A stretch of 64,000 nucleotides of DNA, taken from positions 28,708,001 through 28,772,000 of the forward strand of contig CM119371.1 in the NCBI GenBank assembly GCA_051294905.1, read 5' to 3'. Position numbers and translations under genes: made by a program. Below the pieces are notes generated by a model. It saw nothing but the letters and a program-made list of their open reading frames with translations. It did no database searches and was not told the DNA's origin. The stretch is from Botryllus schlosseri (Eukaryota). Positions 37,201 to 46,384 of this stretch are shown one piece after another (positions within the stretch are counted from its first letter, which is position 1; the number at the start of each line of letters is the position of its first letter).

Positions 37201-39603
37201 ATTCCTGAACAAAAGAGTGATTCAAATTAATCAAGCGAAACAACCGCACATGTGAATTAGCTTGAATGTAGTGAGTAATGGGGATATCCATATAAATTGG
37301 ACCCAACGATACTTATGCTTCATTCAGTTTGTGGCTGACACATTATTTTGGTGTACGCCACTTGATGTAGGCTACATCCTATTTTCAATGCCAAACCATC
37401 AAAATTTGTAGAGCATGAGGAACCGTTAGCGTTGAAATTGACCGATAATTTTGCAAAACTGAGCTCACATTCATAAATATCGGTATCAGTAAGCTTGAAA
37501 GCAGTATTACGGTCGAAACACATCAAACAGGATATGCTAAAAAATGCTTCGTTCAAGAACTAACAAACTGACAACTTGAATTAAGCACAGGTACCGAATA
37601 TTTTTGAAATAATAATGACATCAACTTGAAGCACGTTTACGGTAATTCAATTCAATACTTTATTTCCACGTTCGACTATGTATGGCAACAATAACTTCAC
37701 CTCCATTATTTTCTCCTTAATCAATAGTTGATATCAATATCAATTGGTATCAACAGTTGATCGTTATTCCTCATGCACTGGGCACAGTCTGCAACCAGCT
37801 CACTAACCCTCAAGGGATACTAAGACCACCTGCTCGGAACCAATAATGTGAAGGTTTATAAGATCATCAATAACTACACAAGAATATCAACTTGGCTTGA
37901 CAATATTATTGAAATTTGTGTGTCCTATTATCGCTAGCTATTGATGTGCCGAGAGAAACACAAGGATGTCGCAGTGTTAATGTACACATAGTCTAGCTAC
38001 TGGTTGAAAGTCACATCAACACGATTCTTCCAACCCGTTCAAATCTGCTCGCATCAGCAAAGGAAATTATACATCGATATGACTAGTATGGTATTTATTT
38101 CATTATTATGTAATAGGAAGATATAAGTGATAAAATTTGCATCAAACCTTTTTGTTTCCGCAAAGCTTTTTATCAGCGTGATGAGCGAGTCCACTGATAT
38201 TGACGTGTCAAGATCCAAACTTTCGCAGAGCGCAGATAGCTCGTCGGGTCCCGCAGCTGATATGTTACGTCATTACAGTAAGAAAGGCGCATCAACATAA
38301 TTTTTGGTAATGAACAGCAGGGCTTCTCAAACTTTTACCTCTATACCCCCAATTTAGATAGAAACTCTTTTAGGCAACAATGACAGAGGTCGTCCATAAC
38401 AAGATACTTTCAATTTTTAGAAGTACTAAACTGGCATTGTATAGTTTCAGTACGCAATCAAGCAATTTTGGTTTCAGATTTCTTCCACTTCTCACCCAAT
38501 AGTTTTTGAAGCCAAACTAATAGCTACAGTGTCTAATTTCCATATATTGTCAAGTAGCCTAAAGAGTAGTGGCACACCTTAATTCGACAGATTCACATCA
38601 ATTTCATCGGTAAAATTGCCACGACATTTCGGGTTAAACGCAAGGGTGGGTATTACAATTTTAAAAACTAACACCAACGATCTAAATCTATATTACCCCA
38701 GTCGTATATTTAGCTACACATACGCATTTGCACATCAAATGGCACAAACTGGAAGTTGAAAATTTAAGGTGACTTGACCCCAGTTACTTTGAAAATTTAT
38801 AAGCTATACCTCAATAAGGGGCTCGACTTATAAACTTCGGGAGGACTTGACTTGACTAAGTCAAAATTTGCAGTTGACTCGAAATGATTTGGGGCCAGAA
38901 GGTATTGAGTTGTTCTGAACGCTGACGCTGGTATGTACATTTAGCATTTATATTCTAGGCTAAATAATAAGGAATGGATGAAAGAGAGCTGAAAGACATA
39001 TCTTCAGAATTACCAAATTCATTAGGTATGAAATTGCAGTGCTTTTCTGTTTCTGCCTACTCAACAGTCGTATAGACTGTGGACAACCTAACAATTGTGG
39101 ATAGTTCATAATAAAAATCTAAAAGTAAAGATACCGGTACTTACACCGTAATGTGATGAAAAACTCCAAGACATCAGGAACAGAAATATTCCTATCAAAT
39201 TCATCTTCGATTTGATCCGATTGCTCGCCAACTGCCACTAAAATAAAAAATATCCTTGTTACTGGCTTTCGAAAAGAGCGAAAACAGCTGTGTAATGTCA
39301 CCAGCATCGGGAATTACGTATATAAGTCTCGCAAATTTATACAGTATAAAGATTAGAGTATTTCAGCATCCTTACAATTTTCCATTCCAAATATATCCCG
39401 CGCCTGATGCAAATATCATGTAGCAACACGCGAGATACAGTGCAGGACACGGTATTGGAATCATATACCGGTATACGGTGTAGTCAGTGAACCGATTAAT
39501 CCAAAACAACAATCGCCAATCGCATCGATAACTGTATATATGCAATATCACAATTCGTAAAATATAACTTACCTTCCACATCTTCAAAGGGAGCGTTATC
39601 CAT
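4148..39603 (-). CDS. LRMP: 33-exon gene, about 953 aa: LRMP/IRAG2 (Futile cycle)-KASH5-like tail-anchored coiled-coil protein (EF-hand-like N-terminus, coiled coils, QT-motif array, LRMP/MRVI1-like domain, C-terminal TM plus short tail)
   Basis: Manual assembly with all introns GT..AG and phases matching; summed CDS 2862 nt. N-terminal ISVPDVLEFFITLRSAGPDELSALCESLDLDTSISVDSLITLIKSF and QLEGCGGD resemble the KASH5 EF-hand region. ISHFCDVDAGSYSARWKIVNVCRDLVAESF and VGAAGQESKSRDLVKTL resemble LRMP/IRAG motifs (RDLAEE; LGAVHQESR). Ends FRLMIVAFVVCMMLSIRLPDYAVPSVV*. Family call is from memory of motifs. Confidence 0.8.
5113..5153 (-). CDS. exon 32 (RGGVMKLFDLFGA)
   Basis: ttgcag / gtaagg, phase 0/2. 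Confidence 0.8.
5223..5309 (-). CDS. exon 31 (TKPNSEHSADSTDDSPVCADPVPVCYHCE)
   Basis: acctag / gtaagt, phase 0/0. Confidence 0.8.
5545..5997. mobile_element. GACTCGAGTC-rich hAT-type MITE (CAGGGTTG termini)
   Basis: CAGGGTTGTAA...TTACAACCCTG; fragments of this family at 1-2900, 4480-4730, 5363-5490, 22380-23485, 25260-25325 and a full copy at 35805-36337. Confidence 0.75.
6077..6220 (-). CDS. exon 30 (TLTNESESWEKKCTDAKWKLRQ...GGGGSQ)
   Basis: tttag / gtacag, phase 0/0. Confidence 0.85.
6822..6983 (-). CDS. exon 29, LRMP-like (NFRGVLQAIKE...VGAAGQESKSRDLVK)
   Basis: GC-rich, ttccag / gtacgc, phase 0/0. Confidence 0.9.
7095..7827. mobile_element. hAT MITE, inverted paralog of 2085-2791
   Basis: Collinear reverse complement of 2085-2791; TSD GTATAAGA/GTACAGGA. 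Confidence 0.85.
8357..8790. repeat. Degenerate tandem repeat, about 108-bp unit, about 4 copies
   Basis: Recurring AAGTTTC...CTGAACAACCCTAGTGAGCATGCGACAC...GAGCATG units. Confidence 0.75.
8948..9067 (-). CDS. exon 28, start of LRMP-like domain (NLGGTAREISHFCDVDAGSYSARWKIVNVCRDLVAESFAA)
   Basis: atatag / gtacgt, phase 0/0. Confidence 0.8.
9104..9149 (-). CDS. exon 27 (SLSKLCEFYDDLVAKF)
   Basis: tcttag / gtaagt, phase 2/0; followed by a 36-nt intron. Confidence 0.65.
9243..9479 (+). mobile_element. tRNA-derived SINE (continues at about 11131-11210 after the foldback insertion)
   Basis: A-box TAGCGTAACGG, B-box GGTTCAATCTC; related heads at 46100 and 62610; body/3' part also at 24700-24770 and 29540-29720. 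Confidence 0.75.
9480..11122. mobile_element. 1.64-kb foldback/palindromic DNA transposon with 8-bp TSD
   Basis: TAGGGTTGTCCATAA...TTATGGACAACCCTA; perfect TSD GTACTCAT; arms pair almost to the centre (about 10292-10302). Confidence 0.9.
11811..13412. mobile_element. hAT (Buster/Charlie-type) non-autonomous element
   Basis: CAGTGGTTCTCAACC...GGTCGAGAACCACTG; perfect TSD TTCTATGC. Confidence 0.85.
13454..13475 (-). CDS. exon 26 microexon (EGMYKIS)
   Basis: tcacag / gtaggc, 22 nt, bridges phase 1 to phase 2. Confidence 0.5.
13861..14387 (+). mobile_element. CR1/L2-type LINE 3' fragment
   Basis: LKVYDIFKFEVMKFMH...YFDNLF motif of the RT ORF2 C-terminus; ends AATAAAGATTCTCTTTCTCTC. Confidence 0.65.
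14498..14528 (-). CDS. exon 25 microexon (ISLKSQSRLV)
   Basis: atttag / gtgagt, phase 0/1. Confidence 0.6.
14803..14834 (-). CDS. exon 24 microexon (VCRVDAESKIA)
   Basis: ttacag / gtaaga, phase 1/0. Confidence 0.6.
15812..15852 (-). CDS. exon 23 (WWSNRFDQFDSLKS)
   Basis: ttacag / gtaatc, phase 2/1. Confidence 0.75.
16710..16831 (-). CDS. exon 22 (AEKSIRTTDALRSDLLKEQEKVLHLSG...QLDT)
   Basis: ttacag / gtgagt, phase 0/2. Confidence 0.85.
17126..17214 (-). CDS. exon 21 (AEPEKQQSQNHSLNAECEEEKCDAAYWRNL)
   Basis: ttttag / gtaagg, phase 1/0. Confidence 0.8.
21709..21774 (-). CDS. exon 20 (VKSTFWRHFDRFYKRTHRWISP)
   Basis: ttcaag / gtaagc, symmetric phase 1/1 (skippable). Confidence 0.6.
22640..23400 (+). 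mobile_element. Penelope-like element 3' fragment: inverted partial pLTR, GIY-YIG endonuclease C-terminus, pLTR
   Basis: YVGRTSQRLFERIKQH...SSIGQHL...LKVLES..IQLNKPILCRQK; 22640-22722 is the reverse complement of 23310-23390. Confidence 0.8.
23531..23651 (-). CDS. exon 19, coiled coil (LQQVYEKWNLAQDELAQL...ELARLH)
   Basis: Several in-frame CAG acceptors at 23642-23651; donor gtacta, phase 0/1. Confidence 0.8.
24100..24133 (+). ncRNA. Minimal type I hammerhead ribozyme motif in a Penelope-like repeat
   Basis: CCC-CUGACGA-GUGUCAGCU-GAAA-AUAU-UC-GGG: core CUGANGA/GAAA/UH, stem I CCC/GGG, palindromic AAUAUU stem III. Confidence 0.65.
24569..24657 (-). CDS. exon 18 (AEVRQLKCDNHSLKVSYETKKLVIEAWEDE)
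   Basis: tttaag / gtgagg, phase 1/0. Confidence 0.8.
24771..25236. mobile_element. MITE with internal 100-bp-arm palindrome, inserted in a SINE
   Basis: TGGGGCTCTTCAAAAAT...TTTTTGAAGAGCCCTA; TSD AGCCGCAT; internal inverted repeat 24790-25015; related sequence at 35125-35480. Confidence 0.8.
25809..25866 (-). CDS. exon 17 (VEKLEEKLSGMDEAVELAQ)
   Basis: aacag / gtactc, phase 0/1. Confidence 0.8.
26391..26495 (-). CDS. exon 16 (CESETQTVSVETRDSESQTIDCMLYLAAYSAKCEE)
   Basis: tcgcag / gtttgt, phase 0/0. Confidence 0.8.
27405..27438 (-). ncRNA. Minimal hammerhead motif, same repeat family (sense to the host pre-mRNA)
   Basis: Reverse complement reads CCC-CUGACGA-GUGUCAGCC-GAAA-ACAU-UC-GGGU with one stem I substitution. 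Confidence 0.55.
27616..27717 (-). CDS. exon 15 (CEAEMQTVSVGMRESDTQTGDLSFSYTNGTELHE)
   Basis: tcccag / gttagt, phase 0/0; paralogous to exon 16. Confidence 0.8.
28107..28207 (-). CDS. exon 14 (ENRVTFNGDASFDVREAETQTVTASGKNPVKTLE)
   Basis: tttcag / gtttgt, phase 1/0. Confidence 0.85.
29352..29508 (-). CDS. exon 13 (NLERNCYDSPICG...SSPRKILFDN)
   Basis: ccgcag / gtaggc, phase 0/1; within ORF 29323-29730. Confidence 0.85.
30464..30533 (-). CDS. exon 12 (MTRSFNDSSTVKQSIEQELTTADE)
   Basis: tttcag / gtgaat, phase 2/0. Confidence 0.85.
30637..31588. mobile_element. hAT MITE containing a nested hAT MITE (30967-31284)
   Basis: CAGGGGTCACCAAC...GTTGCTGACCTCTG, TSD ATATAGAG; inner CAATGGTTCTCAA...TTGAGAACCACTG, TSD CCCTAAGA/CCCTAAGC. 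Confidence 0.8.
32011..32075 (-). CDS. exon 11 (TINEEKKRLIEQLHAQQLEYS)
   Basis: tgtcag / gtaagt, phase 0/2. Confidence 0.85.
32399..32458 (-). CDS. exon 10 (KTKQVADLEDRLNHFESMYE)
   Basis: ttgcag / gtaagc, phase 0/0. Confidence 0.85.
33326..33382 (-). CDS. exon 9 (DKFEDTHLRWETERDACAL)
   Basis: tcaag / gtgagt, phase 0/0. Confidence 0.8.
33781..33858 (-). CDS. exon 8 (YDIVCTQLEKERDMCANIQTDNQILQ)
   Basis: ttacag / gtattt, phase 0/0. Confidence 0.85.
34235..34732. mobile_element. TTAA-flanked long-TIR MITE (Kolobok-like termini)
   Basis: TTAA|AGGGGCTCTGCACTCTG...CAGAGTGCAGTGCCCAT|TTAA; about 180-bp arms; interrupts a hammerhead-family repeat. Confidence 0.8.
34829..34997 (-). CDS. exon 7, coiled coil (RIQDVKPGIQELLSEKDE...EIQNK)
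   Basis: ttcag / gtcagt (alternative in-frame donor 6 nt downstream); ORF 34811-35008. Confidence 0.9.
35538..35696 (-). CDS. exon 6, coiled coil (HDVGELLLRNKNL...ALEKDLR)
   Basis: ccttag / gtaatt, overlaps ORF 35534-35797. Confidence 0.9.
35805..36337. mobile_element. GACTCGAGTC-rich hAT-type MITE
   Basis: CAGGGTTG...CAACCCTG; TSD ATAAGTAG/ATAGGTAG. Confidence 0.8.
36731..36806 (-). CDS. exon 5 (DESFLNTSSQLEGCGGDISTMSIME)
   Basis: ttccag acceptor; weak gttgag donor gives the required phase 2. Confidence 0.8.
37158..37204 (-). CDS. exon 4 (RNSFGDSLNAGDIPSS)
   Basis: ttcag / gtaag, phase 2/1. Confidence 0.8.
38148..38256 (-). CDS. exon 3, EF-hand-like (SAGPDELSALCESLDLDTSISVDSLITLIKSFAETK)
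   Basis: atcag acceptor, gtttga donor, phase 1/2. Confidence 0.85.
39145..39237 (-). CDS. exon 2 (VAVGEQSDQIEDEFDRNISVPDVLEFFITLR)
   Basis: ttttag acceptor, gtaagt donor, 93 nt, phase 1/1. Confidence 0.85.
39573..39603 (-). CDS. LRMP/KASH5-like exon 1 (MDNAPFEDVE)
   Basis: ATG at 39603-39601, donor GTAAGT, phase 1. Confidence 0.75.
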
Positions 39604-39846
39604 CGCGACTTTTATATTACGATAACGAGGCCTTTAACACCCACGACTAATAATCTCAAGATTACCGTTCTGTAAACAAATGACGTAACGTACGGTAGCA
39701 GCTCAAAAGACGACTGACAATTTGTGACCTTTGAACTTGTTGAACCATTATAAACTACTATAGACAACTAGCCTAACCCTAGGTTAGTAATCTATAATAC
39801 TACCGACTGAGCATTAGATGACAATCAATAGCAAATCGTCCGTCAT

Positions 39847-40426
39847 ACTATAGAATGTTAGCATGCAATGGCACAGCAATAACGAGCGATATTGCAGCTT
39901 TGTTCCGCTTAGCTGAGGCTGGATTTTGCGCAGCGACTGTAGGATTTCTGGCAATCCAAAACTTATTTTCCAGAGCGCAGAATTTACTGAATCTGGTCTT
40001 GATCGAAAGGTACTGTCGCGCCAATTCCGAAAATATAAATTTAAATATGATCAGGCTCTGAACCACCCGGAATTCGCCCTCCAACTCTGAAATATCGGCA
40101 TTGTCCGAACATTCGGAGAGCCGCAATGTGTCATTGCTATGCGGTCATCACATCGTTTTGAACAATGCAGATTTTACATGTTGAGGATGATTTTTCGTCA
40201 AAGTACGGAGCCTGACCATATTTTAATTTATATTTTCGGAATCAGCACGACAGTAGCTTTCGATCAAGACCAGATTCAGTAAATTCTGCAAACGGGAAGA
40301 TAACTTTGGGATTGTCAGAAATCCTACAGTCGCTGCCGCAAAATAATTCTGGCCTCAGCCTCAGCGAAGCGGAACGAAGCTTCAAAATAGCTCGTTCGTT
40401 GTCATTCCATGTTTACATTCGATAGT
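39847..40426. mobile_element. Long-TIR MITE/inverted repeat just upstream of the LRMP-like start codon
   Basis: Arms 39847-40060 and 40207-40426 are diverged reverse complements; possible CAT TSD. Confidence 0.7.
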
Positions 40427-41192
40427 CATTAGTCATACATTCGTTAGTAGCAGGCATACACCAAAACTTAGCAAGCCAAGTCACATAATTTTGTTGCATA
40501 CTTATGTTCTCATGACACTAATCGCTTACTAGGCAGCATACGTAGCGGCCTACGTCTTCAGATGAACTTCACACATGCATAGTGCATACGGAATATTCAG
40601 AGCGCGCGTACGTTCGTAAATAAACAGAGACATTGCCAGTGAAGGTCAAATGAATCTCGTGAATTCGACCTAGCATACAAGGCTTTCTCCGAGTCTAAAT
40701 TGTAGGTCTTTTCTTTTCCTGGCGATACTTAATTACCTAATACTCAATCTTTGCTTGGCAGTCGTTTCAATGCAATATATATAGTATGTGATGATGAGCT
40801 ATGCACCTTGCACCTGCGAGACGTTGCTGCATATCCAATCTATGGTCGACTAGATTCATGATTCATACGGGGTAATTCGGAATTTTATTCATGATGAGAT
40901 CGACCCACAATCCCACATACTTAATTCCAGCAGCGCCTGTATAATCGCATCGGTAATTCATGCTGTGTAACCGAACGGATATTCCGCTTATAGTGCAGTG
41001 AGTATAATTACAGACTTATAGAGACTTTATTGTATTAATTTGATTAGGCGAATGTTGGTCGGAAATAGTGTGAGAAGCAAAGACGAACGTTGACTGATGA
41101 TTGCAGTCAATTATATCCGAATACACGGTAATAGCCGGTAATAACCTGTTTATCATGCGCTCGTCCACTGCCATCTTACATATGGAATAACA

Positions 41193-42014
41193 GTGTGGGG
41201 ATGCTCTTACAAGAAGCATATCAACAAGCTCCAGGTATTACAAAACAAAGCCAATAGGATTATATCTAATATACCTGCACGTAGCAGCGTCAGTCCTGAA
41301 TTTAGAAAATTGGGCATTCTCAAGGTCTCGGATTTGTATGAATTTGAAATTGTAAAAATCATGAAACAATATAATGAAAGAACATTACCTGAATATTTCG
41401 ACAACTTTTTTCAATGCCCCAATTCAATTAACCATTATAACACAAGATTCTCACAGAATCAGTCCCTATTTGTTAAATTGAATTCATCAAGACTGTCAAG
41501 AAATTCCCTATCTTATATAGGTGTGAAATTTTGGAACAATGTACCAACTTTGTACCGTACTCTTCCTTATCATACATTTAAAGCTCGCTATTGCAAATTT
41601 ATATTATCCAAGTACTGAGAAGAACATATCTCATGACCACAGCGATGTTGTTTGTTGTTTTGATTCATTTAATATGCTACAATAATATTACCACTGTGTA
41701 CATGGGTCAAATTGTTATTTTCTGATCACACTGTTAACTATGGTAACCGCCCTTCACTAGTGTTGCTGTCTTTTATTTACTTTTGTTTATTTCGTTACTC
41801 TTTGCGGTGCTACTTGACTGAGAGAAGAAATTGATTCATATTATAATCAATACTGCCAATATGCTTGGGTGACTCCGGCCTAGAAGACTTCGGTCATATC
41901 GGGTCTCCCAGTCTATACCGTGTAAATTATAGTTAGGAAGATTTTAAAAATGTATACTATTGGACGTGAATGTTTGTGGACATTGCCTTTACTATATTTC
42001 ATGGTTGACGAATA

Positions 42015-42045
<31 letters not shown>
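41193..42045 (+). mobile_element. CR1/L2-type LINE 3' end with (CT)n tail
   Basis: VWG..YK.HINKLQVLQNKA.RII...LKV.DLY...HYNTR...YIGVKFWN ORF2 C-terminus; AATAAA followed by a CT microsatellite. Confidence 0.85.
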
Positions 42046-42839
42046 GGTTAACGCTGTCGGAGTGAAGGTTGGTAGCCTACAGTAGGGTAGCAGCATGTGC
42101 TGCCGCCCATGGCTTTCGTTGAAAATGCCCCCACCCCCTAAGTAGACCGCAGCGATTTCGACATAGTTTCATGTACAAGCAATCTTTTCAATAAAAAGAT
42201 TTCCAAATAATTTGCCGCGTCCGAGAAGTTCTATATTGCTTAAAACATAAGCCTCGCCGTCTCAGCGTATATAAGGCCAAAAATAATAAAGACGAGAAAT
42301 GTTGAACGAATGTATTAGGCAAATATAAAATCGATAGCCGCCTCAAAACTGAACCTTTCGGGCTTTCGCCGAAGCGAAATCCGCAACAATATCCTCTAAA
42401 TCAGGGGCGGGCAACATACGGCCCGCGGACAGTTTCACGTCTTACATGATAATGTGGCCCGCGGCCCAAGTCCGCCGAGATTCCCCGCTACTTGCGTAAA
42501 CGTCAAATTTTAGTGACTGTATGAATTATATACGTGTGTGCGCAGCGTGCGAGAGTAGAGCTTACGCGTAAGTTCGTCGAAGCGAGAAGACTTGCATTAT
42601 ACCATAGTAAATTTGGGGTGCTGGGCTTATAGAGCGCCTTGAAATCTTATTAAGGATTGCACCGTGTGTTGATTGATCAGAGAGAAGCAGACATGGCGGC
42701 GCCTGTATAACAATGATGTTCTCAAATCCACATTGTCTTCGTCATTATCGGCGAGATATAGTTTTGCAGTGGCATTGCTGTCGGTAAAATACCTTCATTA
42801 AATACCACTTATCAGGTTTATTAATTAATATGTTCATCG

Positions 42840-43555
42840 TTTCAAAACATTACAAGACTGCGATACAATGAAAAGATAGGAGGGTGTCGAAACAACTTGG
42901 AGTAGCCTTCAAGATCAGACACCCACCTTAGTCTAGCTAGGCGAAGTAAATAAGAGGCATGCACAATTGCACATGCACACTGAATGAAAAGTAATGCAGA
43001 GAATATATGACGCAAGCGACAAAATGAGGTGGCATGTGGCGGAGGGCGAGGTCGATGTTAGGTCGTGGTCCGGTAATCCTGAAGACTAGCTAGTATTGAT
43101 TTAGAAGAAATTGCTTGTATTTCGACTTGAATAATGCGGACATGCTCGACCACTGTCGGATCGCCGGCGAGATGCTGTTCCACAATTGGGGTCCGGCATA
43201 CTTGATAGAGCAATGCGTTTTCTTGTATTCAGTCCTGATCATATGGTAGTTGTTCTTCGTTGACGCGCGTGTGCTGTATACTTGTACGCTTTTGTCTCCG
43301 AGGTGAAGTAGAAATTTGAGGGACATTGGCCGCAATGGAACTGATACACAAACTTGGCAATTTCTAGCTTCCTCATATCTTCTAAGTTTAGAAAACAAAT
43401 CTTTTGAGTAGCGATTTATCAGTTGCACATCCAGGCCCCCGTGGGGCTTTGGCAATGATTTGGATGATCCGATGTTGAAGTTTTTGCAGTGGGTCAATTG
43501 AATTCTTGCAGGCAGCACCCCAACAAAGAATTCCGTATTGTAACTTTGATAGGAA
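42840..43555 (-). mobile_element. CR1/L2-type LINE 3' fragment
   Basis: ORF 43090-43518 ends YSTRA...SIKYAGPQLWNSI...FKSKYKQFLLNQY. Confidence 0.7.
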
Positions 43556-43560
43556 TTGAC

Positions 43561-44660
43561 CTATAGTAAGAATGTATAGAGCTGATAGCCGATCATCATT
43601 CCAGTGTTGGGATGACTCGAGTCATGACTTGACTCGAGTCAGACTCGAGTCACCTTTTTCGCATGACTTGACTTGACTCGAGTCACTTTGCCAAAATGAC
43701 TTGACTTGACTTGACTCGGCGTATCAGAAATGTGGATTGACTCGTGACTCGGAGCAAAATTCACGAGTCAATTTCAAGTCATCAAGTAATCGGTGTCGAT
43801 AAAAATCACTGTATCTTGGATATGTTCGGATTGTTCGCGAAACGCATGTGTAACGCGTGAGAGCGACCAATTATTCAATAAGCGTGCATTTCATCGAGCC
43901 TCGATTGTTCTCTCACAAATAGATTGTCTGCAAACGAAGTGATCGAAGCTTAAAGCTTACGTTGTCGTAACTCTAGTGGTAAAGTAATAGAATAGCAAAA
44001 TGTCTATTTTTGTTCTCATCTTACCTTAACCAAACCGATTGTTTTATTGAAATTGAAGTCGAATATAGTTTATAGAGTCCTCAACCATTGGCACAGGCTC
44101 GAATGGTATCATATCTATTTGTAAATGGGTAACGTATTGCATGTTATCAATTCGTTTCCCTATTCTCTGTTTTGGCTGGTGACTATAAACTGAGGCTATG
44201 CAATTACGTAGTTTCACAGTTCTACGTATATGTGAGCGATAAAGCGCCTTCTTGCGTGTATAACTCTATATTCGTTCATCGGTTCGGAATCAATGACCAA
44301 TGACCACTCAAACTGTATTTCAGACAGCTAGCAAATTGCAATGACGTAATCATGCCTCATACATACATCGAAAAGGCAACTTGACTTGAAATGTGACTTG
44401 ACTCGTGACTTGACTTGACTTGACTCGACTTGACTCGAGTCACCTCCAAAAATCGAGTGACTGGACTTGACTCGAGTCACCTTTGAAAATCGATTGACTT
44501 GACTTGACTCGAGTCAAAATGTGCAATGACTCGAAATGACTCGTGACTCGAAGGTAGTGACTTGATCCCAACACTGCATCATTCATGGTAGAACGTAAAT
44601 AAGACTTTATCAGTTTGAGCTTTGAGAAGCGCGCTCCTCTCACAGCTCTCAATTGAAACA
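43561..44660 (-). pseudogene. hAT transposase C-terminal dimerization-domain remnant, split by a MITE
   Basis: Removing the insert and one TSD restores FSKLKLIKSYLRSTMNDDRLSALYILTI. Confidence 0.75.
43602..44576. mobile_element. hAT MITE with GACTT/GACTC subterminal arrays
   Basis: CAGTGTTGGGAT...ATCCCAACACTG; perfect TSD CATCATTC. Confidence 0.85.
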
Positions 44661-46094
44661 CCAATGGTCAGACAAAGTTTCAGACACGAGCATATATATA
44701 CGGCGTCGAATCAAGTAGGTGTGATTGAACTAACCACTGTAAAGCAGTTGGATTACGATCAATCGTGGTTTCACTGCTCCGCACCAGCCTCTTAAATCTG
44801 TCAATTTCCGCAGCAACTCCAAAAAGTCCACCTCGTCGTTATAAGTGCTTTTAAAAGCGCTGGTGATGCGTGGGGTCACGTTTCATTTTCGAGTCTTAAT
44901 TATCACTTGTATAAATTTAAGCACAACCTGTCATTTAAACGTTGACAATTATTACCAACTTAAACGTACCTAGGACTGGTTTACCTTCTACAGTATTCTC
45001 GGTCTGCTGTACCAAATCGTAACCCAGAATATAGATTACTAACCTACGGATAGACGCACAATTCAGTCGTGACACTTGGATACCAAGAGAACCCTCTACT
45101 GCTGATCCGGCTAAAATCAGCCTAATTGGTATTCCTATAGTTGGCCACCCGAGCGCTCAAATTCAGCAATACTGATCGTAATCGAAAGCTATTGTTGACC
45201 TGATTCCGGAAATACTATTTGAAAGTTGGTCAGGGCAACGGAACCACCCCGGAATAGCCTTCAACGTCTGAAAATCGGCGTTGTTCCGAATAATCGCCCG
45301 ATACAATTTCCATTATCACGGTCAATTAGTTATTGTGTTGCGGCTCCCCGATTGTTCGGAACAATCGGTCTTGACGGCTATTTCGGAGTGGTTCCATCGC
45401 CGTGCTCACATTTTAATTTGTGTTTTTGGAATCAGTGCGACACTATCTTTCGAATGAGACAAGTTTGCTTAGATTTTAGCTCTAGGGTCGCCAGCTATAT
45501 GACAGCCAATTACCCTGCTTTTAGCCGGCTGCGTATACACTCTGCAGCCTCATTTTGCCGCTTCTGGTGCAGAACCATAACTTCCAAGTGACTGCTACAC
45601 CACTGAGTAGGTATAGTGCGGGGGTGGCCAACATGCGGCCGTAGAAGCGAATTTGTGCGTCCGTGGACTCGTAATTCCATTACTATGCGTTGACGGCCGG
45701 CAACATGCAATTTGAATTTACGAATTGACTACCGATTTCTTGAGAGATTTCAATTTAAGATGAAATTTGTTCGCGCTTCGCGCGATTCAATGTGGCTTCA
45801 TTTTTCGATTTTAATACAGTAGCACCCTTTGCAATCAGGCCCAACAGTACCGATTCGAACGGCAGAGGATAATGACGCGCCCCATATAGAAGTATCAACT
45901 CGGAATCGTGCGCTCCTCCACCATACCGACAATCCTGATGGGAGGTCAAGAAATAACAACATGCAGCAAAGTGACTAAAAACAATTGTTCCACCCGAAGA
46001 TGCGTCATCATTTATAACTTTCACTAAATCTTCGAAAACACCCCTTCCGTCAACTCTACCAGTGAATCTGATCACATCGGCTGACAAAGAATAC

Positions 46095-46345
46095 CGAGCG
46101 AGATAGTGTAATGGTTATGCGTCCGGCTTCTCGATCGGTAGGTCGTGGGTTCAATCGTCGTGGGTTCGATCCCCGGCCGGGGTCATACCAAAGACTCGAA
46201 AATTGGTATCCGCAGCTATCCTGCTAGGCGCTCAGCAATCACGGATAGCATGGAGGAGAACAAAAAAACGGGGGCGCGGACTAGATGACCTCACGGCCGT
46301 ATCGCAACTCCGTCGTCAAAGCATCTCGATGGTGCCGGCGAAAAA
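46095..46345 (+). mobile_element. tRNA-derived SINE
   Basis: A-box TAGTGTAATGG, duplicated B-box GGTTCAATC/GGTTCGATCCC, GGTCATACCAAAGAC core. Confidence 0.75.
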
Positions 46346-46384
46346 GAATATCATATATATCTCTCTCTCTGTTTGATAGTAATA

